From Octopus sinensis (taxonomy: Eukaryota), in contig NC_043024.1 in NCBI RefSeq assembly GCF_006345805.1, forward strand, positions 8,866,001 to 8,930,000: a stretch of 64,000 nucleotides of DNA. The letters are read 5' to 3'. The position numbers and the translations under genes are program-made. Positions 51,037 to 61,589 of the stretch are shown one piece after another. How positions within the stretch are numbered: the first letter of the stretch is position 1; the number at the start of each line of letters is the position of its first letter. The notes under the pieces were generated by a model. The model did no database searches. It had not been told where the DNA came from and saw nothing but the letters and a program-made list of their open reading frames with translations.

Positions 51037-51332
51037 GACAGGCTTCTTTCAGTTTCCGTCTACCAAATCCACTCACAAGGCATTGGTCGGCTCGGGGCTA
51101 TAGCAGAAGACACTTGCCCAAGGTGCCACGCAGTGGGACTGAACCCGGAACCATGTGGTCAGTAAGCAAGCTACTTACCACACAGCCACTCCTGCTCTTA
51201 CTCTCTTTTACTGTGCCTATATATATATATTCTTTTACTTGTTTCAAGCATTTGACTGCGGCCATGCTGGAGCACCACCTTTAGTCGAACAAATCAACCC
51301 GGGACTTATTTTTGTAAGCCTAGTACTTATTC
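50834..51332 (-). mobile_element. SINE family A copies (one with an internal deletion, one partial)
   Basis: Sequence match. Confidence 0.75.
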
Positions 51333-51895
51333 AGTCTGATTTGGAATGGTTTTCTATGGCTAGATGCCCTTCCTAATACCAACCACTCAGAGTGTTATGC
51401 GCGCTTTTATGTGCCACTGGCACGGGTGCCATTTGCGTAACGCCAGTATCTGCCATAACTGTGATTGGATCTTTTCCTTTTGACCGACAGATTTTTAAAA
51501 TAATTTTTTGTAACTAAACACTTTCAGATTTCGGACCCTGGTAGAATGTATCATATAAAACATGTTTTACTCTTAGCATTTTTGAGAAAAACTTATATTT
51601 ACAAAGTAATTTCACGTTAAAGTAGGCCCATTTCAGTAATTTAATGCCTTGTAAATGGAAATTGGTAGGTGGAAACTATGCAGAAGCCTTCCCTGTACAA
51701 ATGTGTTGTGCATATACACAGATGTGTATTTATGTGTACTCCAGTTGTAACACTAGGATTGTTTTGACTTTATCGCATTATGTTTTAGGTATATCATATA
51801 AATGGTTGACATAGTACTGAGATCAATATAATCAATTAAAACTTTGAAAGCAGTGCTCTAGTATGGCCACAGTCCAATGACAGAAATCATCATAT

Positions 51896-52261
51896 TCTCT
51901 ATATATATAAACGGCAAAATGTCTGTGTGTGTGTGTCCTTTATACAAATCTGCAATTTTTCAGTTAGAGGGCTCGCACTTTCTATGGTCATTCAAAACCG
52001 TCCAAGGGTGGTCGTGCACATCTTTACATTTCCCCAGTCACCTCGTAAAACCATTAAAAAATCAATAGAAGTGACCTTTTTGTGAATTTTCTATCCAAAA
52101 CCCAATCAAAATGCCTGAAACTTAATACGTCAATTGAATGCCAGCTAGCTGTATGTGATTGGTCGGAGATTTGGACAGTACTCGCATGTATGTGCGCATG
52201 CATGCAGCTGTATATGCATGCACTAGCACTATGACCCGGCAACACCGGGTCATAGTGCTAG
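51896..52261 (+). mobile_element. Non-autonomous Helitron (H2)
   Basis: TC start, hairpin, CTAG|T end. Confidence 0.85.
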
Positions 52262-52336
52262 TCATCAATAAAAAGAATAAATTTTAAAAAAGCCAATATA
52301 AAGCAATAAAGAGAATATATTTTTGAAAAAGCTTAC

Positions 52337-52466
52337 CGAAGAAGAAATTTTGATTTGCTGCCACACGTTTGGTAGAGGGGAGTCTGCATACGTGAGTATG
52401 GAATCGGCAAGCAATCAGGTAGAAGAAATTAAAGACATTGTCTATAATTGTTCCAAGAGTATTGAT
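52337..52466 (-). CDS. TERT: TERT exon (C-terminal extension)
   Basis: ctctag|ATC; INTLGTIIDNVFNFFYLIACRFHTHVCRLPSTKRVAANQNFFF; donor G|gtaagc; aligns with human VNSLQTV...AYRFHACV..LP...NPTFF. Confidence 0.9.
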
Positions 52467-52537
52467 CTAGAGTAAAGTGAAAATAAACAAAAAAAATAAA
52501 CTCCATTAGACCCATGCAAGCATGGAAAAGGGTGTGT

Positions 52538-52921
52538 GGAAGCACTCCGTCGGATACGACGACGAGGGTTCCGGTTGATCCGAATCAACGGAACAGCCTG
52601 CTCGTGAAATTAACGTGTAAGTGGCTGAGCACTCCACAGACACGTGTACCCTTAACATAGTTCTCGGGAATATTCAGCGTGACACAGAGAGTGACAAGGC
52701 CGGCCCTTTGAAATGCAGGTACAACAGAAACAGGAAGTAAGAGTGAGAGAAAGTTGTGGTGAAAGAGTACAGCAGGGATCACCACCATCCCCTGCCGGAG
52801 CCTCGTGGAGCTTTAGGTGTTTTCGCTCAATAAACACTCACAACGCCCGTTCTGGGAATCGAAACCGCGATCCTATGACCGCGAGTCCGCTGTCCTAATC
52901 TCTGGGCCATTGCGCCTCCAC
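52538..52921 (-). mobile_element. SINE family C, full length, with a ~17-bp TSD
   Basis: Flanks CATGGAAAAGGGTGTGT / CATGGAAAAGGGTATGT. Confidence 0.9.
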
Positions 52922-52991
52922 ATGGAAAAGGGTATGTTATGATGATGATGCAACTATTTACTGTGATGTAAACTAAATTGAGAAGCCTTAC

Positions 52992-53034
52992 CTCACTGTC
53001 CACAAATATAAGCTGACATTTTGGTTTCAAGAAC
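52992..53034 (-). CDS. TERT: TERT exon (43 nt)
   Basis: ttttag|G; (R)FLKPKCQLIFVDSE; donor GAG|gtaagg; aligns with human LRLKCHSLFLDLQ. Confidence 0.88.
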
Positions 53035-53144
53035 CTAAAATGAAAAGAACAGATGTCCTTGAATGAAACAAATCTCTTAACACCTTTCAGATACACAAAT
53101 GTTCATGCAGAAACGCACACAGATACACATTCATAAACATTTAA

Positions 53145-53420
53145 AATATACACACACACACACACACTCACACACCCACTCACACACACACAAACACTCA
53201 CTCACACACACCTTCACACCCACTCACACACACACCTTCACACCCACACAAACACTCACTCACACACACCTTCACACCCACACATTCATACACACACACC
53301 TTCACACCCACTCACATTCGTACACACACACACACACAAACACACCACTCACTCACACACACCTTCACACATTCGTACACACAAACACACCCACTCACAC
53401 ACACACACAAACACACACAC
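53145..53420. repeat. Degenerate (CA)n/CACT microsatellite
   Basis: Directly visible. Confidence 0.9.
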
Positions 53421-53452
53421 AGAGTCCATTATCCCTCTAGTATATTGTTTAA

Positions 53453-53673
53453 CCCTTTAGTGTTCACATTATTCTGCCAAAATTAATCCTTTTTTATCCA
53501 CGTTGCCTTGAACTAATCAGGCATTATCTTGTAGCTATGAGATTTTGATGAGGTAGCTGTTAATTTTTAAAACGATATTGTAGGGTTGGTGTGAGAGACC
53601 AGATCTGGCCAGTTTGAACATAAAACAGGCAGAATACTTTTGGCCGGATGTGACCAGTTTAAATGCTAAAGGG
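53453..53673. mobile_element. piggyBac-type MITE (P1), inverted relative to 59039-59259
   Basis: TTAA|CCCTTTAG...CTAAAGGG|TTAA. Confidence 0.88.
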
Positions 53674-54194
53674 TTAAAGTAAAGTGGGTAAGTCTGGGAA
53701 ACTGAACCTCCTCATTGGATCTATTTTCAACTAGGAGCATTTGCTATTTTACTTGATGTTTGTAGAGGGACATTTGAAGGCTCTCAGAGATTAGTGAGAT
53801 TGATATCATTATTGTTACGTCTGAGTTATTGGAAGTCGATAAATTAAGTACCAGTTACACACTGGAGTCGATGTAATCGACTTAATCCATTTGTCTGTCC
53901 TTGTTTGTCCCTTCTGTGTTTAGCCCCTTGTGGGCAGTAAAGAAATAAGAAATGGTAGGATATTGGTCAACATATCTACCATGGTTTCCCATACCAGTGT
54001 AAACTCTGCTGCTTCATTGTCTCCAGTAGCAACCCCAATATACCATAGACATGTAAATTTTTCCATCTTTGTTCTCCCTTTCTTAATATGGAAGTGAGAA
54101 ATTTAATTGCTTCCCTCTCTTAGTTCACGCATCACCATCAATAACACAAACATCACCACCCTCATCAGCTCAATTCCTTTTCAATTTGCAAATC

Positions 54195-55089
54195 AGCCAG
54201 CACTGCCTTGACTGGCTCCTGTGCCGGTGGCACGTAAAAAGCACCAACCGATCATGGCCGATGCCAGACTTCCTTGACACCTATGAAGGTGGTACGTAAA
54301 AAGCACCAACCGATCGTGGCCGATGCCAGACTCCCCTGACACCTGTGCAGGTGGCACATAAAAAGCACCAACCGATCTTGGCCAATGCCAGACTCCCCTG
54401 ACACCTGTGCAGGTGGGACATAAAAAGCACCAACCAATCGTGGACGATGCCAGACTCCCCTGACACCTGTGCAGGTGGCACGTAAAAAGCACCAACCGAT
54501 CCTGGCCGATGCCAGACTCCCCTGACACCTTTGCAGGTGGCACATAAAAAGCACCAACCGATCGTGGACGATGCCAGACTCCCCTGACACCTGTGCAGGT
54601 GGCACATAAAAAGCACCAACCAATCGTGGACGATGCCAGACTCCCCTGACACCTGTGCAGGTGGCACATAAAAAGCACCAACCGATCATGGCCGATGCCA
54701 GACTCCCCTGACACCTGTGCAGGTGGCACATAAAAAGCACCAACTGATCTTGGCCGATGCCAGACTCCCCTGACACCCGTGCAGGTGGCACATAAAAAGC
54801 ACCAACCAATCTTGGCCAATGCCAGACTCCCCTGACACCTGTGCAGGTGGCACATAAAAAGCACCAACCGATCTTGGCCGATGCCAGACTCCCCTGACAC
54901 ATGTGCAGGTGGCACATAAAAAGCACCCACTACACTCTCGGAGTGGTTGGCGTTAGGAAGGGCATCTAGCTGTAGAAACACTGCTAGATCAGACTGGGCC
55001 TGGTGCAGCATTCTGGCTTCCCAGACCCCGGTCGAACCGTCCAACCCATGCTAGCATGGAAAGTGGACGTTAAACGATGATGATGATGA
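54195..55089 (+). mobile_element. Family D element with ~12 tandem 60-bp units
   Basis: Unit TGGCACATAAAAAGCACCAACCGATC..GCCAGACTCCCCTGACACCTGTGCAGG; (GAT)n tail. Confidence 0.8.
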
Positions 55090-55116
55090 ACTGGATCAGG
55101 GCTGATCAAGAGTTAA

Positions 55117-56195
55117 CCCTTTCGTTACTATATTTCTGACCAAAATACACCCCTTATGTGTTTCAATTAATTTCTAACGTAATCATAAATTTAGTCTGGT
55201 TTCATTAAACAACTATAACTTTTTTATTTATCAATATATTAATCTGATTTTTGGAAGATAATTTAATGAAATATTCTCAACCAATTCTATACTATAATTT
55301 TTGTCACAAAGTGACTCTAATTGCAGGTAGATACAGGTAAATTCAACAAAATATAAAATTAAAATTTTGTTCAAACATCGCTATAGAAAATGGGTTATTA
55401 GCTAATATTCAATTGGGTATACAACAAAATTTTACGATAGAATTTGTTATTCTGGGTAACTTTCTGATACCCATAATAATATTTACGGCAAAATAGTCTT
55501 AATTTCATTTAAGGTTATGGGAAACCACAAACTATCGTTTCTTTCGCTTTGTTTACGTTTAGCGTAATGGTTCGTTTTCGCCGTAATGATTTCAAATAGG
55601 CTCATTCGAAAAAAAAGAAATAGTCTAAGGCTTTACTCCTCTGGGAACGTCTGTGGCTTGGTCCAGTTTCTTCAGAAAAATCACCGAAAGAAACAGTTTT
55701 TAAATTTTCACTCCATTCAGGTGCCAATTCGTTTTCTTTATCGCTGTCGGAGCTCTCGAATTCACTGTTTTCACTTTCGGAAAATGAAACATCAGATTCA
55801 TTATCAAATACCATGTGCTTTTTTTTTTCAGTCATAGAGTTAGATTTATGAAAGTCTTCAGTAGAAAATCCTTCGAATTCTGACTCGCTGCTTGATATAA
55901 TGAAATTCGTATCCATTTTTTGTCAGAATTACAAATTTTGAAAACACAATAGGAACAAATTTCGGAAAAAAATCTCTCAAAATTCACGGAATTAAAATTA
56001 CACTTCGATAATTGTACAAAACTGTAGTTGAACTGTTTACGAAGTATAATACGTATTTTCACGAATGTACTAAAGAGATTTGCTCTGATATTCTCATTTA
56101 AATATGAATAGGTAAATTCAGGCGGCTTTGGGCGGTTTGGTCACATTAACCAAAATTTTTTTCGGGCGGCTTTGGGCGGTTTGGTAACGAAAGGG
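55117..56195 (-). mobile_element. Internally deleted piggyBac element retaining the transposase N-terminus
   Basis: TTAA|CCCTTTCGTTAC...GTAACGAAAGGG|TTAA; ORF 55602-55916 has an acidic N-terminus then W...F....GP...LDYFF as in piggyBac transposases; subterminal direct repeat GGCGGCTTTGGGCGGTTTGGT. Confidence 0.85.
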
Positions 56196-56340
56196 TTAAT
56201 CAACAATATTTGAAGCTACAGACTGTGGGGTGCCAAGCTGTAGCAGCTGTATAATGTCTGACAAATTGCAGGGTTCTTGTCACCTAACTACTCCACTCAT
56301 ACACCATATCATTTACTCAGAAACTGAAAGACTGGTTTAC

Positions 56341-56410
56341 CTGAGTAAGCATTCTTGTAAACTGACTCCAGGATGATGTGAAAGGTCAGTGGAAACAGTG
56401 TCCGAAATAG
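56341..56410 (-). CDS. TERT: TERT exon
   Basis: ttacag|CT; (S)ISDTVSTDLSHHPGVSLQECLL(R); donor AG|gtaaac; phases fit both neighbours. Confidence 0.83.
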
Positions 56411-56556
56411 CTGTAAATAAATAAACAAATAAAGAAATAATAATATTAATGTCATTACCAGCATCGCCTTACTGGCACTTGTGCCAGTGGCACGTGAAAA
56501 CAAAAACATTCGATAGAAATCCAAGTGACCAAAACAGTTAAAAGAATATATATATT

Positions 56557-56950
56557 CGCAGGAGTGGCTGTGTGGTAAGTAGCTTGCTTACGAACCACAT
56601 GGCTCCGGGTTCAGTCCCACTACGTGGCACCTTGGGCAAGTGTCTTCTACTATAGCCCCGGGCCGACCAATGCCTTGTGAGTGGATTTGGTAGACGGAAA
56701 CTGAAAGAAGCCCGTTGTATATATGTGTGTGTGTGTGTGTTTGTGTGTCTGTGTTTGTCCTCCTAGCATTGCTTGACAACCGATGCTGGTGTGTTTACGT
56801 CGCCGTCACTTAGCGGTTCGGCAAAAGCAACCCATAGAATAAGTACTAGGCTTACAAAAGAATAAGTCCCAGGGTCGATTTTCTCGACTAAAGACGGTGC
56901 TCCAGCATGGCGGCTGTCAAATGACTGAAACAAGTAAAAGAGTAAAAGAG
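56557..56950 (+). mobile_element. SINE family A
   Basis: Full-length copy. Confidence 0.85.
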
Positions 56951-56954
56951 AGTG

Positions 56955-57085
56955 TGGTCTAACGCTGCAGACGGCACGTACCGTTTGGGCCTAAAAATGG
57001 GTGTTGCCTTTACTTTTACCGTGATCCTCACTTTTGCTTCAGTGCCACAGCCTAATCCTTCCAATCCTTCATAACTCTCTGAGCG
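56955..57085 (-). pseudogene. Gypsy-type pol fragment (pre-RT region)
   Basis: EGLGCGTEAKVRITVKVKATPIFRPKRYVPSAAL resembles the GLG...A.PVF...R.VP.A segment of Gypsy pol. Confidence 0.55.
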
Positions 57086-57143
57086 ACTCACACAAGCCCA
57101 ATCGATGGCAGCTCTGCTTTGTGGTAGACTTCCAAATTGGAAA

Positions 57144-57520
57144 CAGGAGTGGCTGTGAGGTAAGTAGCCTGCTTACCAACCACATGGTTCCAGGTTCAGT
57201 CCCACTGCATGGTACCTTGGGTAAGTACCTTCTACTATAGCCTCGGGCCGACCAACGCCTTGTGAGTGGATTTGGTAGACGGAAACTGAAAGAAGCCCGT
57301 CGTATATATGTATTATATATATATGTGTATGTTTGTGTGTCTGTGTTTGTCCCCCCAGCATCGCTTGACAACCGATGCTGGTGTGTTTACGTCGCCGTCA
57401 CTTAGCGGTTCGGTAAGTACTGGGCTTACAAAGAATAAGTCCCGGGGTCGATTTGCTCGACTAAAAGGCGGTGCTCCAGCATGGCCGCAATCAAATGACT
57501 GAAACAAGTAAAAGAGAGAA
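57144..57520 (+). mobile_element. SINE family A
   Basis: Near full-length copy. Confidence 0.85.
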
Positions 57521-57662
57521 AGAGAGAACCTTGCCCTAATAAGGGTGCAGTTGGACTAGAGACTTTTCAAGGTTGTCGACAATCCCTAACTCGACCTGGA
57601 AGTCTCCCCCCAAAAATATCGCTTAATTACAATCAGGCTAACGAGAAGCATGTTATACTCAC

Positions 57663-57743
57663 AGATTCCACAGTATCTGGAATAATCCTTCGTAATCTCA
57701 AGAGATGTCATATTAATCAGCAAACCACAATATGGCATCATAT
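57663..57743 (-). CDS. TERT: TERT exon (RT motif E, primer grip)
   Basis: tttcag|AT; (D)MMPYCGLLINMTSLEITKDYSRYCGI; donor T|gtgagt; aligns with human [22 protein letters not shown]. Confidence 0.92.
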
Positions 57744-57774
57744 CTGAAAGAATGAATAGAATAAAGAGTGATGA

Positions 57775-58260
57775 GTGAGTGAGTGAGTGAGTGAGTGAGG
57801 AGTGAGTAAGTGAGTGAGGAGTGTGTTAGAGAGTGAGGAGTGAGTGAGGAGTGAGTGAGTGAGGAGTGAGTGAGGAGTGAGTGAAGAGTGAGTGAAGAGT
57901 GAGTGAGGAGTGAGAGAGTGAGTGAGTGAGTGAGGAGTGAGTGAGTGAGTGAGGAGTGAGTGAGAGAGGAGTGAGTGAGGAGTGAGAGAGTGAGGAGTGA
58001 GTGAGTGAGAGAGTGAGTGAGAGAGAGTGAGTGAGAGAGAGTGAGTGAGAGAGGAGTGAGTGAGAGAGTGAGTGAGTGAGAGAGGAGTGAGTGAGAGAGT
58101 GAGTGAGTGAATGAGAGTGAGAGAGTGAGTGAATGAGAGTGAGAGAGTGAGTGAGTGAGTGAGGTGAGAGTGAGTGAGTGAGGAGTGAGTGAGTGAGTGA
58201 GGAGTGAGTGAGTGAGGAGTGAGTGAGTGAGTGAGTGAGTGAGTGAGTGAGTGAGTGAGT
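57775..58260. repeat. (GAGT)n/GAGTGAG microsatellite
   Basis: Directly visible. Confidence 0.95.
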
Positions 58261-58574
58261 GGTCGTCGTCTTCTTATTCCAATCAGGAAGTCACGCCATC
58301 AGCCACAAAGAATAATCTCTAATTCGAGCCTACTCTAAGCTACTAAGAGTGCGTGCGGCAACTTGAAGATCCCCACCACCACACGCGATAGACTGGCGGT
58401 TGCACGGGAGCGAAAGCTACGTTGATATCCTCATTCCGTAAACGGTAGCTTTTAACAGGTGGAGAGCTGAACCATCCTGGGGTACAGAGGATTCGCAATC
58501 TAGACTAGGGTCTGAAAGTTTGCCACACCATAGTGGGTTACACCACGGTTCCTCTGCTTTGTGGCAGGAGTAGG

Positions 58575-58763
58575 AAGAAAGAGTGAGAGAAAGTTGTGGT
58601 GAAAGAGTACAGCGGGGTTCACCACCACCACCCTGCTGGAGCCTTATGGAGCTGAGGTGTTTTTTTGCTCAATAAACACTCACAATGCCCGGTCTGGGAA
58701 TCAAAACCGTGTTCTTACGACCGTAAGTCCGCTGCCCTAACCACTGGGCCATTGCGCCTCCAC
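58575..58763 (-). mobile_element. SINE family C, 5' half
   Basis: Head GTGGAGGCGCAATGGCCCAGTGGTTAGGGCAGCGG on the - strand. Confidence 0.8.
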
Positions 58764-59038
58764 TTGTTTTTGTTGTTGGGTGGTGGCGGTGGCAGTGATA
58801 ATGGCAGTGTTGGTGGTGGTGGTGGTGGTGGTAGTGATGGTGCTGACAGCAGTAGTGGTACAATGATAGCAGAAGCGGGTGAGATATTGAATGAAAGAGA
58901 TATTGCTGCTAAGATGCTGAACTGGTAAGTCATTAAAACATTAAACATTTATCCCAGTGTCCATTTGATGGCATGCACAACTCTCTCACTCAATAATAAT
59001 AATAATAATAATGATGATAATAATAATTTAATTTTTAA

Positions 59039-59259
59039 CCCTTTAGCATTTAAACCGGCCATATCCGGCCAAAAGTATTCTGCCTGTTTTATGTTCAAAC
59101 TGGCCAGATCTGGTCTCTCACACCAGCCCTACAATATCGTTTTAAAAATTAACAGCTACCTCATCAAAATCTCATAGCACCAAGATAATGCCTGATTAGT
59201 TCAAAACAATTTGGATAAAAAAGGATTAATTTTGGCAGAATAATGCAAACACTAAAGGG
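59039..59259. mobile_element. piggyBac-type MITE (P1)
   Basis: TTAA|CCCTTTAG...CTAAAGGG|TTAA. Confidence 0.88.
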
Positions 59260-59406
59260 TTAAATACATATTTTATCTGAGAATTTGCACATGTAATCTG
59301 GGAATGCATACAATGAGCTTCTCTGCCCTAGGTGTATGGAAAACACTTGGCGAGAAACGGAAGAAAATTTGAAGGAAGGAAAAAACATAATAATAATAAT
59401 AATTAC

Positions 59407-59508
59407 CTGTCTGTTCAAGATTCGGTATCCAACCATGGTGCAGATGATTATAGTAGAAATTGATGGAGAGTTTGTCCCGCTGAATGTAACAGTTATACTG
59501 GCAGATAC
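59407..59508 (-). CDS. TERT: TERT exon (RT motif D)
   Basis: tttcag|GT; (G)ICQYNCYIQRDKLSINFYYNHLHHGWIPNLEQT; donor G|gtaatt; aligns with human GVPEYGCVVNLRKTVVNF. Confidence 0.88.
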
Positions 59509-59839
59509 CTGAAATAAAACTGCTTTTATTATTTTCAAATTTAATTTTTCTGTGTTGAATGGGTTGGACAAAATTACTCCAGGAAGGAGACCCATCACCA
59601 GATCCCTTTCTTGAAACCAACCCTTTTTTTAAAATTATTTTTTCAAGTAATGTACTTCATTCCATGTCTTTTCACACCTAATCACCAAGTTGCCGGACTT
59701 TTTCTTCATGTGCAGCATAACATCCCATCTAGCAGCAACGAAAATACACACACACACACCTTCCTTCCAGGTACTGAAACAGTCGCCTAGCCATCCGGTC
59801 ACTCTCCCTATCAAGTCCATAATTTTAGGCTTCTATAAT

Positions 59840-60428
59840 GTTGTCCTGTGCCAGTGGCACGTTAAAAGCACGGTCTGAACGTGGCCGATGCCAGTGCCGC
59901 CTTGACTGGATTCTGTGCCGGTGGCACGTAAAAAGCAACATCCAAACATGGTCGATGCCAGCGCCGCCTTGACTGGATTCTGTGCCGGTGGCACGTAAAA
60001 AGCAACATCCAAACATGGCCGATGCCAGTGCCGCCTTGACTGGCTTCTGTGCCGGTGGCACATAAAAAGCACCATCCGAACGTGGCCGATGCCAGTGCCG
60101 CCTTGACTGGCTTCCGTGCTGGTGGCACGTAAAAAGCACCATCCGAACGTGGCCGATGCCAGTGCCACCTTGACTGGCTTCTGTGCTGGTGGCACGTAAA
60201 AAGCACCAATCCGATCATGGCCATGGCCAGCCTTGCCTGGCACCTGTGCCGGAGGCACGTAAAAAGCACCCACTACACTCATGGAGTGGTTGGTGTTAGG
60301 AAGGGCATCCAGCTGTAGAAACACTGCCAGATCAGACTGGGCCTGGTGCAGCCTCCTGGCTTCCCAGACCCCAGTTGAACCGTCCAACCCATGCTAGCAT
60401 GGAAAGCGGATGCTAAACGATGATGATA
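59840..60428 (+). mobile_element. Family D element with ~7 minisatellite units
   Basis: Sequence match; unit variant differs from the 54195 copy. Confidence 0.8.
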
Positions 60429-60677
60429 ATGATTATTATTATTATTGTTATTGAGTGAGAGAGCAGTTCATGCCATCAAAGTGACACTGGGGTAAAATAT
60501 ACAAAGCCAAGTATACCCATCATGACTACCGGTCTGATAAGGGTACACCAGACATATGCATCACAACCATATGTGCGCGACATGGTGATCTCATATCAAG
60601 ATAAATAGCACATGACATTGCAGGTGGGGCCCAGTTAGAATTTTCTTCTGGTCGAGTAACCCATCCCACTCAAAAGG

Positions 60678-61028
60678 CAACGCTGGGTCATAGTGCTAGT
60701 GCATGTAAAGAGAGCTGCGTGTGTGCGCACATACACACGAATACTGTCCAAATCTCCGACCAATCACATACAGCTAGCTGGCATTCAATTGGCGTATCAA
60801 GTTTCGGGCATTTTGATTGGGTCTTGGATAGAAAGTTCAGAAAAAGGTCACTTCTATTGATTTTTTAATGGCTTTGCGGGGTGACTGGGGAAATGTAAAG
60901 ATGTGCACGACCACCCTTGGACGGTTTTGAATGACCATAGAAAGTGCGAGCCCTCTAACTGAAAAATTGTGGATTTGTATAAAGGACACACACACAGACA
61001 GACATTTTGCCGTTTATATATAGAGAGA
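60678..61028 (-). mobile_element. Non-autonomous Helitron (H2), 3' end rearranged
   Basis: Reverse match to 51896-52261. Confidence 0.75.
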
Positions 61029-61147
61029 TTACTCCTTCTATGCAACTATCAAAACACATACGTACTACATTACACAATCTATCTTGTCATCACATGTCTA
61101 CAAATTGAAGAATAAAAAACAAAGAAATACAAAGAAAAGGCAATCAC

Positions 61148-61355
61148 CAGTGAGGAATGTCTCAAGGAAGTTCACTGCTCTTGTCTTGTCTGGTGTGACA
61201 AATAAGTAGTCATCTACCAACCGCATCATCAGTTCATCGCCTTTCACTTCTAACAGGCTTCTCTCCATGTGTCCATAATAGAAACTGCACAGCAGTATTG
61301 ACAGAATGGAACCTTGGCTGATACCTACTTTCTGCAAGTAATATCTGGAATTGAT
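61148..61355 (-). CDS. TERT: TERT exon (RT motifs B' and C, catalytic DD)
   Basis: caacag|ATC; INSRYYLQKVGISQGSILSILLCSFYYGHME...MMRLVDDYLFVTP...FLETFLT(G); donor G|gtgatt; diagnostic TERT QGS.LS.LLC..YG and RLVDD.L.VT motifs. Confidence 0.95.
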
Positions 61356-61589
61356 CTGTTGGAAAGAAAAACAATAGAAAACACAGCCCTTCCAGCATCA
61401 TAAGGGTAGCAAAAACTGAAGGAATAAATTAAAACAATAATCTTTTTAAAATATTACACATAAGATACAGTTATTTGGCCCATTAAAATACTATTTGCTT
61501 TGCTTTAGGAACATACTATGCTCCCACCACCCGCATGCATGGATGCACTCTCCCTCTCTCTCTCTCTCATATGCTGAATACTGGATCAG

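Noticed and set aside
53950-54170. Possible coding exon between TERT exons
   Set aside because: No usable splice sites in phase; weak resemblance to an old RTE-type RT segment; too degenerate to call.
54193-55044. 283-aa Cys-rich repeat ORF; also a superficially CRISPR-like regular array
   Set aside because: It is a 60-bp tandem minisatellite within a dispersed repeat, open in several frames. There are no unique spacers, no cas genes, and the context is eukaryotic.
55602-55916. Acidic 104-aa ORF as a novel nested gene in TERT
   Set aside because: Bounded by piggyBac TIRs and TTAA TSDs; it is a truncated transposase N-terminus.
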